From a virus: a stretch of DNA of 57,026 nucleotides. Positions 48,797 through 57,026 of this stretch are shown here, piece after piece (the first letter of the stretch is position 1; each line of letters begins with the position of its first letter). The notes below the pieces were generated by a model. The model saw nothing but the letters and a program-made list of their open reading frames with translations. It did not search any database and was not told the origin of the DNA. The stretch lies in the IMG/VR virus record IMGVR_UViG_3300006162_000001. The stretch is one strand, 5' to 3'. The translations under genes were made by a program, and so were the position numbers.

Positions 48797-50460
48797 TGGC
48801 TTCCTGATTGTGAATAAGCGATATTGTTAAGGGTCCGGACCATGACTTCCACGGCGTTCTGGCCCTTTTCAGCCAGTTCCCGGCCACCATTAACGTGTTC
48901 GATATTTTGCATCTTATCAATCTTGATATTGATCACCTTCGCCTGTCCCAGCCCCCCGGCCGCCCCTGACAGCATAGAAGTATTGATCGCCGACTGGCCA
49001 GCGGCGGTGCCGGTTCCGGTTCCGGTCCCGGTGGCTTCATCTTTACCACGATTTTTTAAGACGGACTGGTAATCCCGAAGCGTCTGGATCTGGGCGTTCA
49101 TAAGCCCGAACTGCTTTATCCTGGTGTCAATATTTAATTTACTAAGGTCGCCATACTGATCCTTAACAAGCTCAATCTGCTTTTTAATGTCTTCGGCGAT
49201 ATGCTGTTGCTGTTCTTTTTTGGTGTAAGGAATAATTCCACCCTGCTTATTGAAGCCCTTTATCCCTTGCTGATAGCGGTCAGCGATGGCATAGATTTCC
49301 TTTTTAGTTTCTTCATTGGCTTCGGTGTAATACTGACCCAGGGACTTCTTCAGCTTTTCATTGGCGTTCTTAGCGTCTTCGATGTTTTCCGTCAGGTGAT
49401 GGAAAGCCCCCGCCAGGGCACCGATACCCACCACGATCAGGCCGATCGGATTGGCTTCCAGCGCCCCATCCAGAAGAAGCTGGGCGTTCTTCCAGGCTTC
49501 TGTCGCCAGGGTGATCCCTTCCACCAGAAGCTTATAGCTGGTGAAGGCGATCAGCGCCCCGCCCAGGACCCTGACGATAAACATGATCATATCCTTATTG
49601 CGTTCCAGCCATTGAAGGGCTGTCTGCACCATATTCACGACCTTTTCCACATAGGGGATCATCTTAATCTTTATCTCATTCACGATACGGCCCACCGTTT
49701 CATAAACCCCGTCCCACTGCTTTTTTGCCATTTCCAGCTTTCCTTCATCGGTAGCTGCAAAAGCGGCCGCCTGGCCACCAGTTTCCCGGGCGATCTCCCT
49801 TAAGATAATTTGCTGGGCCGCCATCAGGTGACCGGCTTTCTGAAGGTTTTTAATCTGGGTCCTTTGTTCTTCCGTGAAGCTGACCCCCGTCCGGTGAAGT
49901 CTCATCATACCCCTGATTGGATCGTCCAGGGCTATCCCCAGCGATTTGGAAGCTTCCACCATGTCGCCATGGAAGAACTTCGCGGCGTAGTCAGCTGAAG
50001 CCTGAAGGGCCTGTTTAAACTGGTCCCCTTTAATATTCCCGAAGGTCGCCAGCATTCCCTGGGCGGCGATGATGGCTGGCTTCGCCGTAGTGGTCACATG
50101 ATCCAGTTCTTCGGCCATCCCGGCCAGTTCCTTTTCGGATATCCCGGCGGCATTATTCATGGAAAGCATCGTCTGGTGAAGATCCGCCGTGGCTTTCTGA
50201 AGGCTGTTATAATGTTCCACGGACTTCATAATCAATTCGCCACCGGCAAAAATAGCCCCCAGTCCGGCGGAAGTCATGAAGAAGGATTTTATCCCGTTTA
50301 AGGATTCCCCTACCCGGGTACTCATGCGGGAAAAAGCCGATTCCACCTTTTCCGTTTCGATCTGGGCGTCAATTCCCAGCTTATCCAGGGCGGTGGTTAT
50401 TTCGGCGATCTTAGCCTTCGCGTTCCCTTCGACATTAATCCTGAATCCGTAGTTTGCCAT
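48793..50460 (-). CDS. Tail tape measure protein
   Basis: 555 aa, helical. ...MRLHRTGVSFTEEQRTQIKNLQKAGHLMAAQQIILREI... is a typical TMP core. Hydrophobic mid-section. Follows the chaperone pair. Confidence 0.85.
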   Translation of the reverse strand: MANYGFRINVEGNAKAKIAEITTALDKLGIDAQIETEKVESAFSRMSTRVGESLNGIKSFFMTSAGLGAIFAGGELIMKSVEHYNSLQKATADLHQTMLSMNNAAGISEKELAGMAEELDHVTTTAKPAIIAAQGMLATFGNIKGDQFKQALQASADYAAKFFHGDMVEASKSLGIALDDPIRGMMRLHRTGVSFTEEQRTQIKNLQKAGHLMAAQQIILREIARETGGQAAAFAATDEGKLEMAKKQWDGVYETVGRIVNEIKIKMIPYVEKVVNMVQTALQWLERNKDMIMFIVRVLGGALIAFTSYKLLVEGITLATEAWKNAQLLLDGALEANPIGLIVVGIGALAGAFHHLTENIEDAKNANEKLKKSLGQYYTEANEETKKEIYAIADRYQQGIKGFNKQGGIIPYTKKEQQQHIAEDIKKQIELVKDQYGDLSKLNIDTRIKQFGLMNAQIQTLRDYQSVLKNRGKDEATGTGTGTGTAAGQSAINTSMLSGAAGGLGQAKVINIKIDKMQNIEHVNGGRELAEKGQNAVEVMVRTLNNIAYSQSGSQ

Positions 50461-51044
50461 TTATTCTTCTTTTTGGAAAGGTGCATGCCATAACTTTAAA
50501 ACTTCCTTCAGCATGATCGTATAGTCTGAATATTCCTGAAGGGTCATCGTTTCGACTTCTTCCCGGCTTAAATTAAGAAAGGCACGGAAACAAGTTTTTT
50601 GATAAAAAACCGGATCGCGTGCCAGCAATTCTTTTTTAGCGTTGTCGGGTCTGTCGTTTATTCTTTCTTGGTCCCGGTCAAATTCAAAAAAAAAGGGCCT
50701 AATTTTTCCTTCATCAGCCACATCCCCAATTCGAAAAGCGCCCCGCTATCTTGTAACAATTCATTTTTGTTGGTCGCCGTGAACTGGTCTGTCGGGATCA
50801 GCATAAGCTTAACGAACTGACTGGTGATATCGTAAAGACGATCCGAACTTATTTCCGCTTCCCCGTCTTCAGCTGATATATTAAACAGACTGACCAGTTT
50901 AAAGTGAAGCTTGTGCTGTTCTTTGTCCCTTCTGTCCAGGTCCTTAAAAGTGGCCACCAGGGTCACTTCCTTTTCATCCCACTTGTTGGTTTCTCCATTA
51001 AATTCCAGGGACAGGAACTTAACTTCCTTTTCGAACTTCTCCAT
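50461..51044 (-). CDS. Tail assembly chaperone, -1 frameshift-extended product (GT-like). Shift within 50686-50694
   Basis: The -1 frame continues ...GPFFFEFDRDQERINDRPDNAKK... to the stop at 50461, directly abutting the TMP start. Confidence 0.6.
50658..51044 (-). CDS. Tail assembly chaperone (G-like, zero-frame product)
   Basis: 128-aa ORF between tube and TMP, ending ...LGPFFLNLTGTKKE* just after a T9 slippery run. Confidence 0.7.
   Translation of the reverse strand: MEKFEKEVKFLSLEFNGETNKWDEKEVTLVATFKDLDRRDKEQHKLHFKLVSLFNISAEDGEAEISSDRLYDITSQFVKLMLIPTDQFTATNKNELLQDSGALFELGMWLMKEKLGPFFLNLTGTKKE
50686..50694 (-). promoter_or_regulatory. Slippery sequence (T9 on the coding strand) for the chaperone -1 frameshift
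   Basis: GGC CCT TTT TTT TTG (zero frame) versus CCC TTT TTT TTT GAA (-1 frame). Confidence 0.65.
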
Positions 51045-51049
51045 GTTTG

Positions 51050-51466
51050 TTAGTTAATCGCCAGCGCCTTCCAGGACAGGTTCGCCAGGGAATGTTTGTC
51101 TTTTGCCTTTATATCTACCCCTTCGGAATTGATATTGAATCCAGTGTAAGTCCGGTTAAATCCACCCTGAACGGCGGTGATGGAAAAGGTTGCCCCCACG
51201 ATCTGGGATCCTTCCACCAGGCCAATACTTTGAAGGATGGCGTTCAGTTCCCCCACCTGAAGGGAAAGCTTTCCGGAATATTTCGCCGCATTCCTTTTTT
51301 CCCCGATCGGATCTTCTGTCCCTATTGCGTAAATCGTTTCGTCTTCCCTGGCATTGTCCCAGCTGAAGGTTTCGCAAGTCTGCAAAGGGAAAGTTCCGTT
51401 CCCGGGGATGTTCAGGATGACCTTGTAATCGGCGGCGGTTAATATAAGTTGATTTAGTTGCGGCAT
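51050..51466 (-). CDS. Contractile tail tube protein
   Basis: 138 aa. ...CETFSWDNAREDETIYAIGTEDPIGEKRNAAKYSGKLSLQVGE... is a tube-like pattern. Sits between the sheath and the chaperones. Confidence 0.65.
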   Translation of the reverse strand: MPQLNQLILTAADYKVILNIPGNGTFPLQTCETFSWDNAREDETIYAIGTEDPIGEKRNAAKYSGKLSLQVGELNAILQSIGLVEGSQIVGATFSITAVQGGFNRTYTGFNINSEGVDIKAKDKHSLANLSWKALAIN

Positions 51467-51469
51467 GGC

Positions 51470-52831
51470 TTATAAGGTTGCGGTGAATTGAACTGTACCT
51501 GTCACAGATCCCAGTATCGGGGTCGGAACGATCAAAAGCGTGAAAAGCATTGTCTTCGTACTATTGAAATTCGGACCACTTAAGATCAGCGCCCCGTCAG
51601 TGATATCGCCGGATCCATTGGCAACCGTAAGCGGTGCAATATATGTGGCGTAAAATTCCGCCTGCTTTGCGTTCAGATAACCCTGGTCCACATTCCCCGT
51701 CTGTGGGTTCAGCGGGATATTGGATCCCATCTGGCCGATAAAGAACGCCAGGGCTGAAGCGGAAAGGGAATTCGCCACACGGTTATATTCCTGGGTGGAC
51801 AGCTGTAAGACTGAACTTTCGGCGGTGGCACCGTCATTCCAGAAGAAGCCGGAATGGCCATACCATGTCCTTAAGAACATGAAATTCGATAATCCCAGGG
51901 CGTCCACATCGGCTGGCTGAAGATTCTGGACATAGGTGACATTTACACCCACATATCCACCCGCTGAAGTCGTAAAGGTCAGGTGACCGGAAACGACTGT
52001 GAAGGTCTGGCCCACATTATAGACCACGGAATTATAGGTCACAGCACCCCCGAAGACGGTACATACATCCCCGATCACCAGCGTTCCCCCGGCGGCCACC
52101 TGGATCCCATTGGTCAGGTAGGCTGTCGGCGTATTGACAGGACCGTCAGCTACGGCACCAAAGCCGTGACCTACGGTGATCCGGGCAAAGCGACCCAGGG
52201 CCAGACCCACGGCGCTGACGCCATTGGGTTGCGTCCCTGTTATGCAAAGGGAAACGGAAAAAGCAGTGTAAGTGGTCAGCGGGGCCAGTGAAGCCGGCGC
52301 TGTCGCTGAATTCATGTTATATCCATCGATGATGGCGCTGAACTGATATCCGATGGCAAAAAGACTTTGCTGGGCTGTCTGTAAAGCGGTAAGACAGGAT
52401 TCCACATCAGAAGGGAAGTCGGTGCTGGTATTCAAAGCCTGGGGCGGTGCATAACAAAGACCGATCATCTTGGCCCTGTTATTGGGGTTCGCCTGGGCTG
52501 TGGTCCTGATCATCAGGCTGAAGGTGGAACTTGCCACGTAAGTGGTGTAAGCTGTCGCCATCGGCACGATCACGATCCACAGAAGGGCACCTGTTCCCGC
52601 CTGGGTATAGAAGTCATTTATTTGCTGGAAGACGGCCGTGGAATTCGTCACGTCATAGGCCGCATTGATCCCCAGGGCGGCGGCGTCACTGACCTGGGTA
52701 AGAAGATATGGGGTATTATAAGACAGGCCGGTCCCGGAAACCCCCTGCATAAATAACATCATGACGCCATCGGTGGATGGGGCGATCCCCACGGCATTAT
52801 TCAGGACGGTAATCGATATCGGGTGTTTCAT
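51470..52831 (-). CDS. Contractile tail sheath protein (putative)
   Basis: 453-aa ORF immediately upstream of the tube gene. Size and order are typical of a sheath. Confidence 0.6.
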   Translation of the reverse strand: MKHPISITVLNNAVGIAPSTDGVMMLFMQGVSGTGLSYNTPYLLTQVSDAAALGINAAYDVTNSTAVFQQINDFYTQAGTGALLWIVIVPMATAYTTYVASSTFSLMIRTTAQANPNNRAKMIGLCYAPPQALNTSTDFPSDVESCLTALQTAQQSLFAIGYQFSAIIDGYNMNSATAPASLAPLTTYTAFSVSLCITGTQPNGVSAVGLALGRFARITVGHGFGAVADGPVNTPTAYLTNGIQVAAGGTLVIGDVCTVFGGAVTYNSVVYNVGQTFTVVSGHLTFTTSAGGYVGVNVTYVQNLQPADVDALGLSNFMFLRTWYGHSGFFWNDGATAESSVLQLSTQEYNRVANSLSASALAFFIGQMGSNIPLNPQTGNVDQGYLNAKQAEFYATYIAPLTVANGSGDITDGALILSGPNFNSTKTMLFTLLIVPTPILGSVTGTVQFTATL

Positions 52832-52861
52832 GCCTTACTTTTTTTTGAGACTTCTGGCTTT

Positions 52862-53248
52862 TTAAGCTTCCGTCTGGTCTTTTTCGGGTTCCACTTTTAT
52901 GGATTTCCCCTTTACTTTGACTTCAGGCTTCGCCGGTTCTTCATCATCCAGGCTGAAGGATTCTGTGGTCCTTACGTCTTCCGGAATGCTGGCTTTCGCC
53001 TGTTCCGCCTGACGTGATTGCATCAGTAATTCTTCCATCCCTTTCACCGTATCCGGGATCTTTTCACCCTTCACCAGCTTCACCCTGTACTTCGATTCTT
53101 CCTGGGCGGGGTTGCTGAAATCACGGCGGAATTCACTGTCCGAATCTTTGGTGTACATGTTAGCGTCACCATGAAGCCAGATGGATCCGAACTTATTGAC
53201 GGCGGCTTTCGCCTGACGTATCACTACGTCATTGATTTTAAAGAGCAT
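52862..53248 (-). CDS. Hypothetical protein (head or neck accessory by position)
   Basis: 128-aa ORF with ATG start. Confidence 0.55.
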   Translation of the reverse strand: MLFKINDVVIRQAKAAVNKFGSIWLHGDANMYTKDSDSEFRRDFSNPAQEESKYRVKLVKGEKIPDTVKGMEELLMQSRQAEQAKASIPEDVRTTESFSLDDEEPAKPEVKVKGKSIKVEPEKDQTEA

Positions 53249-53273
53249 AGCTGTTTGTTTTTTATAGTGAACC

Positions 53274-53786
53274 TTACCAGATATTGGTCTTCATCCGGTT
53301 GAATATCTTTCCTTTGACGGACGCCGTGGCGCTGGTGATAAAGTATATTTTCAGCCATCGTCCATCCACCAGGGCAGTATCCCTTCGGAAGTTTATTTCG
53401 TTCCAGGTATTGGCCGAAAGCGTCCAGGTCTTTGAATATGTCGTCTGGGCCACCCCTTTAAGGACTGGAAACCAGTTCACCCCGTCATTAGACTGAAGGA
53501 AGGTTTCTGTCACCGTAGCGGTTCCCGCCCCGATCTGGTTCCAATACCAGGTAATATACGGGGTAAATAGATTCAAGTGGCTGATCTGGATCAGATAAGC
53601 GATGGAATCCGATACCTGTAAACTGTCCTGGGGGGTCACCGTTCCGCCTTGCGGATAGATACCACCGAAGTCCAGAAAGTTACCCTGGTTAATCACGGGG
53701 GAAGTCGTCACCACACGGGTCTGGGCCTGACCGGCAAAGAAGCCCAGGCAAAGGGCCAAAATCGCTAAAAACTTGATTTTTTTCAT
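53274..53786 (-). CDS. Secreted hypothetical protein just downstream of the capsid gene
   Basis: Signal MKKIKFLAILALCLGFFAGQAQ, then a beta-rich 150-aa domain. Confidence 0.6.
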   Translation of the reverse strand: MKKIKFLAILALCLGFFAGQAQTRVVTTSPVINQGNFLDFGGIYPQGGTVTPQDSLQVSDSIAYLIQISHLNLFTPYITWYWNQIGAGTATVTETFLQSNDGVNWFPVLKGVAQTTYSKTWTLSANTWNEINFRRDTALVDGRWLKIYFITSATASVKGKIFNRMKTNIW

Positions 53787-53801
53787 CTTGTGAATTATTG
53801 A

Positions 53802-53822
53802 AGGGACCCTTTTGGGATCCCT
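53802..53822 (-). other. Hairpin after the capsid gene (possible attenuator or terminator, weak T-tract)
   Basis: AGGGACCC-TTTT-GGGATCCCT, 8 bp with one bulge. Confidence 0.35.
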
Positions 53823-53832
53823 GGATTAATTA

Positions 53833-56373
53833 TTAAACGTTAGGCGTTCCGTAAGTGTAAAGAAGTACCCCGTTATAGTTCGCACGTAAGGGGACAATTC
53901 CGATACGGATATCCGCTGACATCCTGTATCCGTAAGATCCCGGAACCTGAACCATGAACACGTCCAGAAGACCCAGACCGATGGCCACCTGGCTGGGAAG
54001 CATTGCCAGACCAGCACTGACGGCGGTGTTAGGAATAGATCCCAGGGGATCCTTTACAGCTGAACTGGCGGGATCGTACAGGGCCACACGGCTTCTTTGG
54101 TGAAGGACGGTGTGTTTGATCTTCAGAAGATCAGCCTGGTCAGATTCTATCCAGCGGGTCAGTAAGGACTTGGTATCATTGTCCTGGCTGATATAGCTGT
54201 ACATGGTCGGATCCAGTACCAGGACGGACTTTTCTTTTTCCATCTGGAAGTTCTGGCGGTTGTATATCTGTTCCAGCTTGATAATGTCGGCGTAAGCTGG
54301 GGTGGCCAGGTTGCCGGCAAAAGCTGTATTCCAGTAGAAAGCATTGGGATCGTTCGTGTTCGCAATATTGAAGGAAGGATTCGCTGGCTGGCCTACTGTC
54401 TTCACGATGGAAGAAGCGGGAACGGTGGAAGCCAGGGTGTACAGAAGTTCATCATCCATGATGGATCCCCACAAAGCGAAAGCCTGGGCCCATCCTGTCG
54501 CCATCTGATCATACCTGTACTGGTGCATCGTCAGCGGTGTCCATAAGATCGGCTGCAACCAGTAAGGGGTCAGACTTAACGCTACGGCCGTGTCGGTGTA
54601 AGTATAGTCCGCCGGTGAAGGTTGCGTTCCTTTATAGATCGTAGGGGCGGCGGCGATGTTTGCCCATATCAATCCCGTATTTTTTGAAGTAATCTGGGCC
54701 CCGAACATCGGAACATCATTTTTCCAGGATGTGGTGGGGAACAGGTTGAAAATAGCCAGCGGCAACCATTCGATCGTGTTCAGCGCTGGTGAAGCCAGGG
54801 CGTTGTCTGTACTGGTCAGGGTCGTCATCTGGCGGCGGATATTATCCCGGCCCATAACTTCCACGGAACCAGTCATCAGTTCCCGCATAATATCTTTCAC
54901 ACCCAGACCCACACGGTTCTTCGGGTTCGTCCCGTCAGTGCTTCTTTGGAAGCTGGAAAGCTGTCCTTCACTGATATTGGGGATGACGCGAAGCTTTTCG
55001 GTGATGGCGGCATATTTGCCATCCCGCATGATGGAATCCAGGACAGTGGCGTAATCGGATATCGTCTTATCCCCGCCATCGATCGTCATAACACGACCCA
55101 GGATCCTTTGACCTTCTTCATTTTTTGGGGAAGACAGTTTGCTGAAGGTATCGCCTTTTAGGCCGATCACCCTGGCATCCAGGGACTTCCTTAAGTCTGG
55201 ATCGGGGGCCAGTTTCAGCTTTTCGGCACCGGCGCGAAGTTCTTCCATAGACTTGATTTTTGCTGGTTCAGGTTTTTTTGCCGCCAGCTTAGAACCATTT
55301 TTGCTGGAAGATTCTTTGGATTTTTCCTTTTCCTTTTTGGCCATATCTTCAGCTTCTTCACATGCCTTCATGGCGGCTTCCATTTCATGGCATGCCATTT
55401 TATAGGCGGCCTTATCTTCTTCAGTGGCGTCAGACTTTTCAGCCTTTTCCTTTGCTTTTTCAGCCTTTTCCTGGGCTTCCTGGGCTTTTTTCTTCGCTTC
55501 TTCAGCGGCAAGTCCGATCGGCGTAGGTTGTGCATCTTCCACGGGATCCCTTAATTCAGAAATCCACTGGTCGGAAGCTTCGTCCTGGGGTGGGGTGGAA
55601 GCCTTTACAGGCGTTCCGTTCTTCACCTTCTGGGTGTCCACTTTCAGATGGGTTTCGTTCTGTTTACCGTTAAACATATCGGAAATGGTGGACGTGAAAT
55701 TCTTTACAATGTCTTTGATCACACCAGGCAGCTGGGAAGCGCTGGGATCAGTTTCGGAAATCTTCCCGGACAAAAGCGCCTTTTCGGCTTCTTCTTTTTC
55801 AGCCTGGGCGGCGGCCAGTTTTTCATTGGCGGCTTTCAGCTTCAGCTGTTCCGGGGTTTCTTTTTCTTTGGTTTCCATTGATGGAATTTTATAGCGTGAT
55901 GAAAGATTGGTGATCGTATCGGAAATATTTGACAGTTCGTTCTGTTCGTAAATCTTAGCTTCCAGCGTAGTCACAGCGTCCGGGTTCGATGGAAGACTGA
56001 CCATGGAAATTTCATATAACATGAACTTTTCACACTGACGGAAGCCATCCTTTGACAGATCGGGCTGACCGGCGGAATTCTTCTTCCAGGAAGCTTCACC
56101 CCCGATCGAACAGGCCCTAAGATGGCCGGCTTCGTACATATCCCGGTATTCCTGGGATTCTTTGGTTATGCCGTGAAAAACCGGGATCCCGGAATATTTT
56201 CCGCCTTCCAGCTTGATATCGGTCATAATTCCCAGGGGTGGCTGTTCCCATTGGTGCTGACAAAGAACTACGGGGTTTGCTTTATATCGGGAAAAATCAA
56301 TGGTTTCGTTCGGGATGATTCCACCCTGATCATTGGGTGTACCGGTTGAAAAAACTATTCTTTTCCCTTCCAT
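53833..56373 (-). CDS. Fusion protein: HK97-family prohead serine protease (S78), coiled-coil scaffold-like region and HK97-fold major capsid protein
   Basis: N-terminus NPVVLCQHQWEQPPLGIMT...LRACSIGGEASW...YEISMVSLPSNPDAV (S78 motifs). E/K/A-rich stretch of about 230 aa. C-terminal capsid-like domain of about 450 aa. The track start 56379 is TTG, and the first ATG is at 56373. Confidence 0.75.
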   Translation of the reverse strand: MEGKRIVFSTGTPNDQGGIIPNETIDFSRYKANPVVLCQHQWEQPPLGIMTDIKLEGGKYSGIPVFHGITKESQEYRDMYEAGHLRACSIGGEASWKKNSAGQPDLSKDGFRQCEKFMLYEISMVSLPSNPDAVTTLEAKIYEQNELSNISDTITNLSSRYKIPSMETKEKETPEQLKLKAANEKLAAAQAEKEEAEKALLSGKISETDPSASQLPGVIKDIVKNFTSTISDMFNGKQNETHLKVDTQKVKNGTPVKASTPPQDEASDQWISELRDPVEDAQPTPIGLAAEEAKKKAQEAQEKAEKAKEKAEKSDATEEDKAAYKMACHEMEAAMKACEEAEDMAKKEKEKSKESSSKNGSKLAAKKPEPAKIKSMEELRAGAEKLKLAPDPDLRKSLDARVIGLKGDTFSKLSSPKNEEGQRILGRVMTIDGGDKTISDYATVLDSIMRDGKYAAITEKLRVIPNISEGQLSSFQRSTDGTNPKNRVGLGVKDIMRELMTGSVEVMGRDNIRRQMTTLTSTDNALASPALNTIEWLPLAIFNLFPTTSWKNDVPMFGAQITSKNTGLIWANIAAAPTIYKGTQPSPADYTYTDTAVALSLTPYWLQPILWTPLTMHQYRYDQMATGWAQAFALWGSIMDDELLYTLASTVPASSIVKTVGQPANPSFNIANTNDPNAFYWNTAFAGNLATPAYADIIKLEQIYNRQNFQMEKEKSVLVLDPTMYSYISQDNDTKSLLTRWIESDQADLLKIKHTVLHQRSRVALYDPASSAVKDPLGSIPNTAVSAGLAMLPSQVAIGLGLLDVFMVQVPGSYGYRMSADIRIGIVPLRANYNGVLLYTYGTPNV

Positions 56374-56473
56374 GATCAAGTAAAATTATATTGGATTATC
56401 TGGATTTTTGCCAGACTGTTCACGGATAGTCAGTGTATTGTCATAAATGGTATATTCGCATAACCTTTTTTGA

Positions 56474-56683
56474 ATGACACCGAAAGAACTTTCAGCCGCC
56501 AGGAAAGACCGATGTGAGAATTTAAGGAAATTGCGGATCCACCACAATATCACGATCTGGCAGCTGCATAAAATTTCGGGGCTAAGTTTCAGCACGGTCC
56601 GAAGGATAGAAAGCGGGGATTATAATATTTCGATCAATACGGAAATTATTTATTTAGACGCAATAAAAAAACAAACATCATGA
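56474..56683 (+). CDS. XRE-family helix-turn-helix transcriptional regulator
   Basis: LRKLRIHHNITIWQLHKISGLSFSTVRRIESGDYN is a Cro/CI-type HTH. Confidence 0.75.
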   Translation: MTPKELSAARKDRCENLRKLRIHHNITIWQLHKISGLSFSTVRRIESGDYNISINTEIIYLDAIKKQTS

Positions 56684-57000
56684 TTATCACCTACGGCGAA
56701 CTGCACGCCCTTTTAAGCGATATCGAAGTCCAACAAAACAGATCCCCGGCTTTCACCCTGTTCCACCGGGGGAACATTAAAAGACTTTTTGAACAGAACA
56801 GGATCCGGATCCAGACCCTTCAGGAAACCCTGAAGAAGCTGGTCCAGGAACACGCTGCAAAAGATGAAAACGGGAATCCTGTCCTTACCACGGCGGAAAA
56901 TGGCACCCAGCAACTAATGTTCGAAAATGAACTGGAAAGGAAAGCCTACCTGGACGCCTTCACGAAATTCGCCACGACACAAATTGACCTGATTTATTAA
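56680..57000 (+). CDS. Hypothetical protein
   Basis: 106-aa ORF. The ATG overlaps the upstream stop (ATGA). Followed by the bidirectional terminator (copy at 90-120). Confidence 0.6.
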   Translation: MIITYGELHALLSDIEVQQNRSPAFTLFHRGNIKRLFEQNRIRIQTLQETLKKLVQEHAAKDENGNPVLTTAENGTQQLMFENELERKAYLDAFTKFATTQIDLIY

Positions 57001-57026
57001 AAAGGAAAGCCCCGGATGGAAATTCG
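56917..57026. repeat. Right copy of the 110-bp terminal overlap
   Basis: Identical to bases 1-110. Confidence 0.9.

Noticed and set aside
56474-56683. The XRE-family regulator could be evidence of a temperate lifestyle
   Set aside because: No integrase, excisionase, transposase or partition gene is visible anywhere in the genome. A lone Cro-like HTH is also common in virulent phages, so the lifestyle is left open.

Overview
The window is a complete phage genome. Bases 1-110 are identical to 56917-57026, so the contig closes on itself with a unique length of 56,916 bp. It is a contractile-tailed dsDNA phage, about 95% coding, with almost every gene on the minus strand and two short plus-strand islands (3457-5998 and 56474-57000, the latter wrapping to 1-84).

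Modules recognised from the translations:
- Packaging: small and large terminase.
- Mu-like head genes: DUF935-type portal, MuF-type head-morphogenesis protein, G-like virion-morphogenesis protein, and a single ORF fusing an S78 prohead protease, a coiled-coil scaffold region and an HK97-fold capsid protein.
- Tail: sheath, tube, a chaperone pair with a -1 frameshift site, tape measure, baseplate and fibres.
- Lysis: a GH24 endolysin next to five membrane proteins.
- Recombination: ERF, NinB-like and VRR-NUC genes.
- Four free-standing homing endonucleases (2 GIY-YIG, 2 NUMOD4-HNH).
- Sugar-modification genes: three GT-like proteins, a short LpxA-like acyltransferase and a SAM methyltransferase.

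I saw no tRNA, CRISPR array, integrase or DNA polymerase. Start codons lack Shine-Dalgarno sequences and sit in A-rich contexts, and several proteins carry Sec or lipoprotein signals plus PKD, DUF4082 and DUF4832-like domains. This suggests a Bacteroidota host, which is inference only.

Most notable observations:
1. The conserved N-terminal part of the MuF domain has no ATG, GTG or TTG for 180 codons. It can only be reached by a -1 shift on an A10 tract three codons before the portal stop, which implies a portal-MuF fusion, slippage, or a homopolymer sequencing error.
2. The MuF protein carries a C-terminal zeta-toxin-like P-loop domain.
3. A 1395-aa, almost charge-free, N/S/T/G-rich tandem-repeat protein lies between terminase and portal, next to a GT-like gene and a methyltransferase.
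4. A GT2 / LpxA-like / small-membrane-protein cassette is chained by overlapping start and stop codons.
5. A 7-kb block of signal-peptide-bearing large proteins lies between the tail fibre and the lysis genes.
6. GGATCC is strongly over-represented in the stretches I counted.

All family assignments come from reading the translations. No database search was run.
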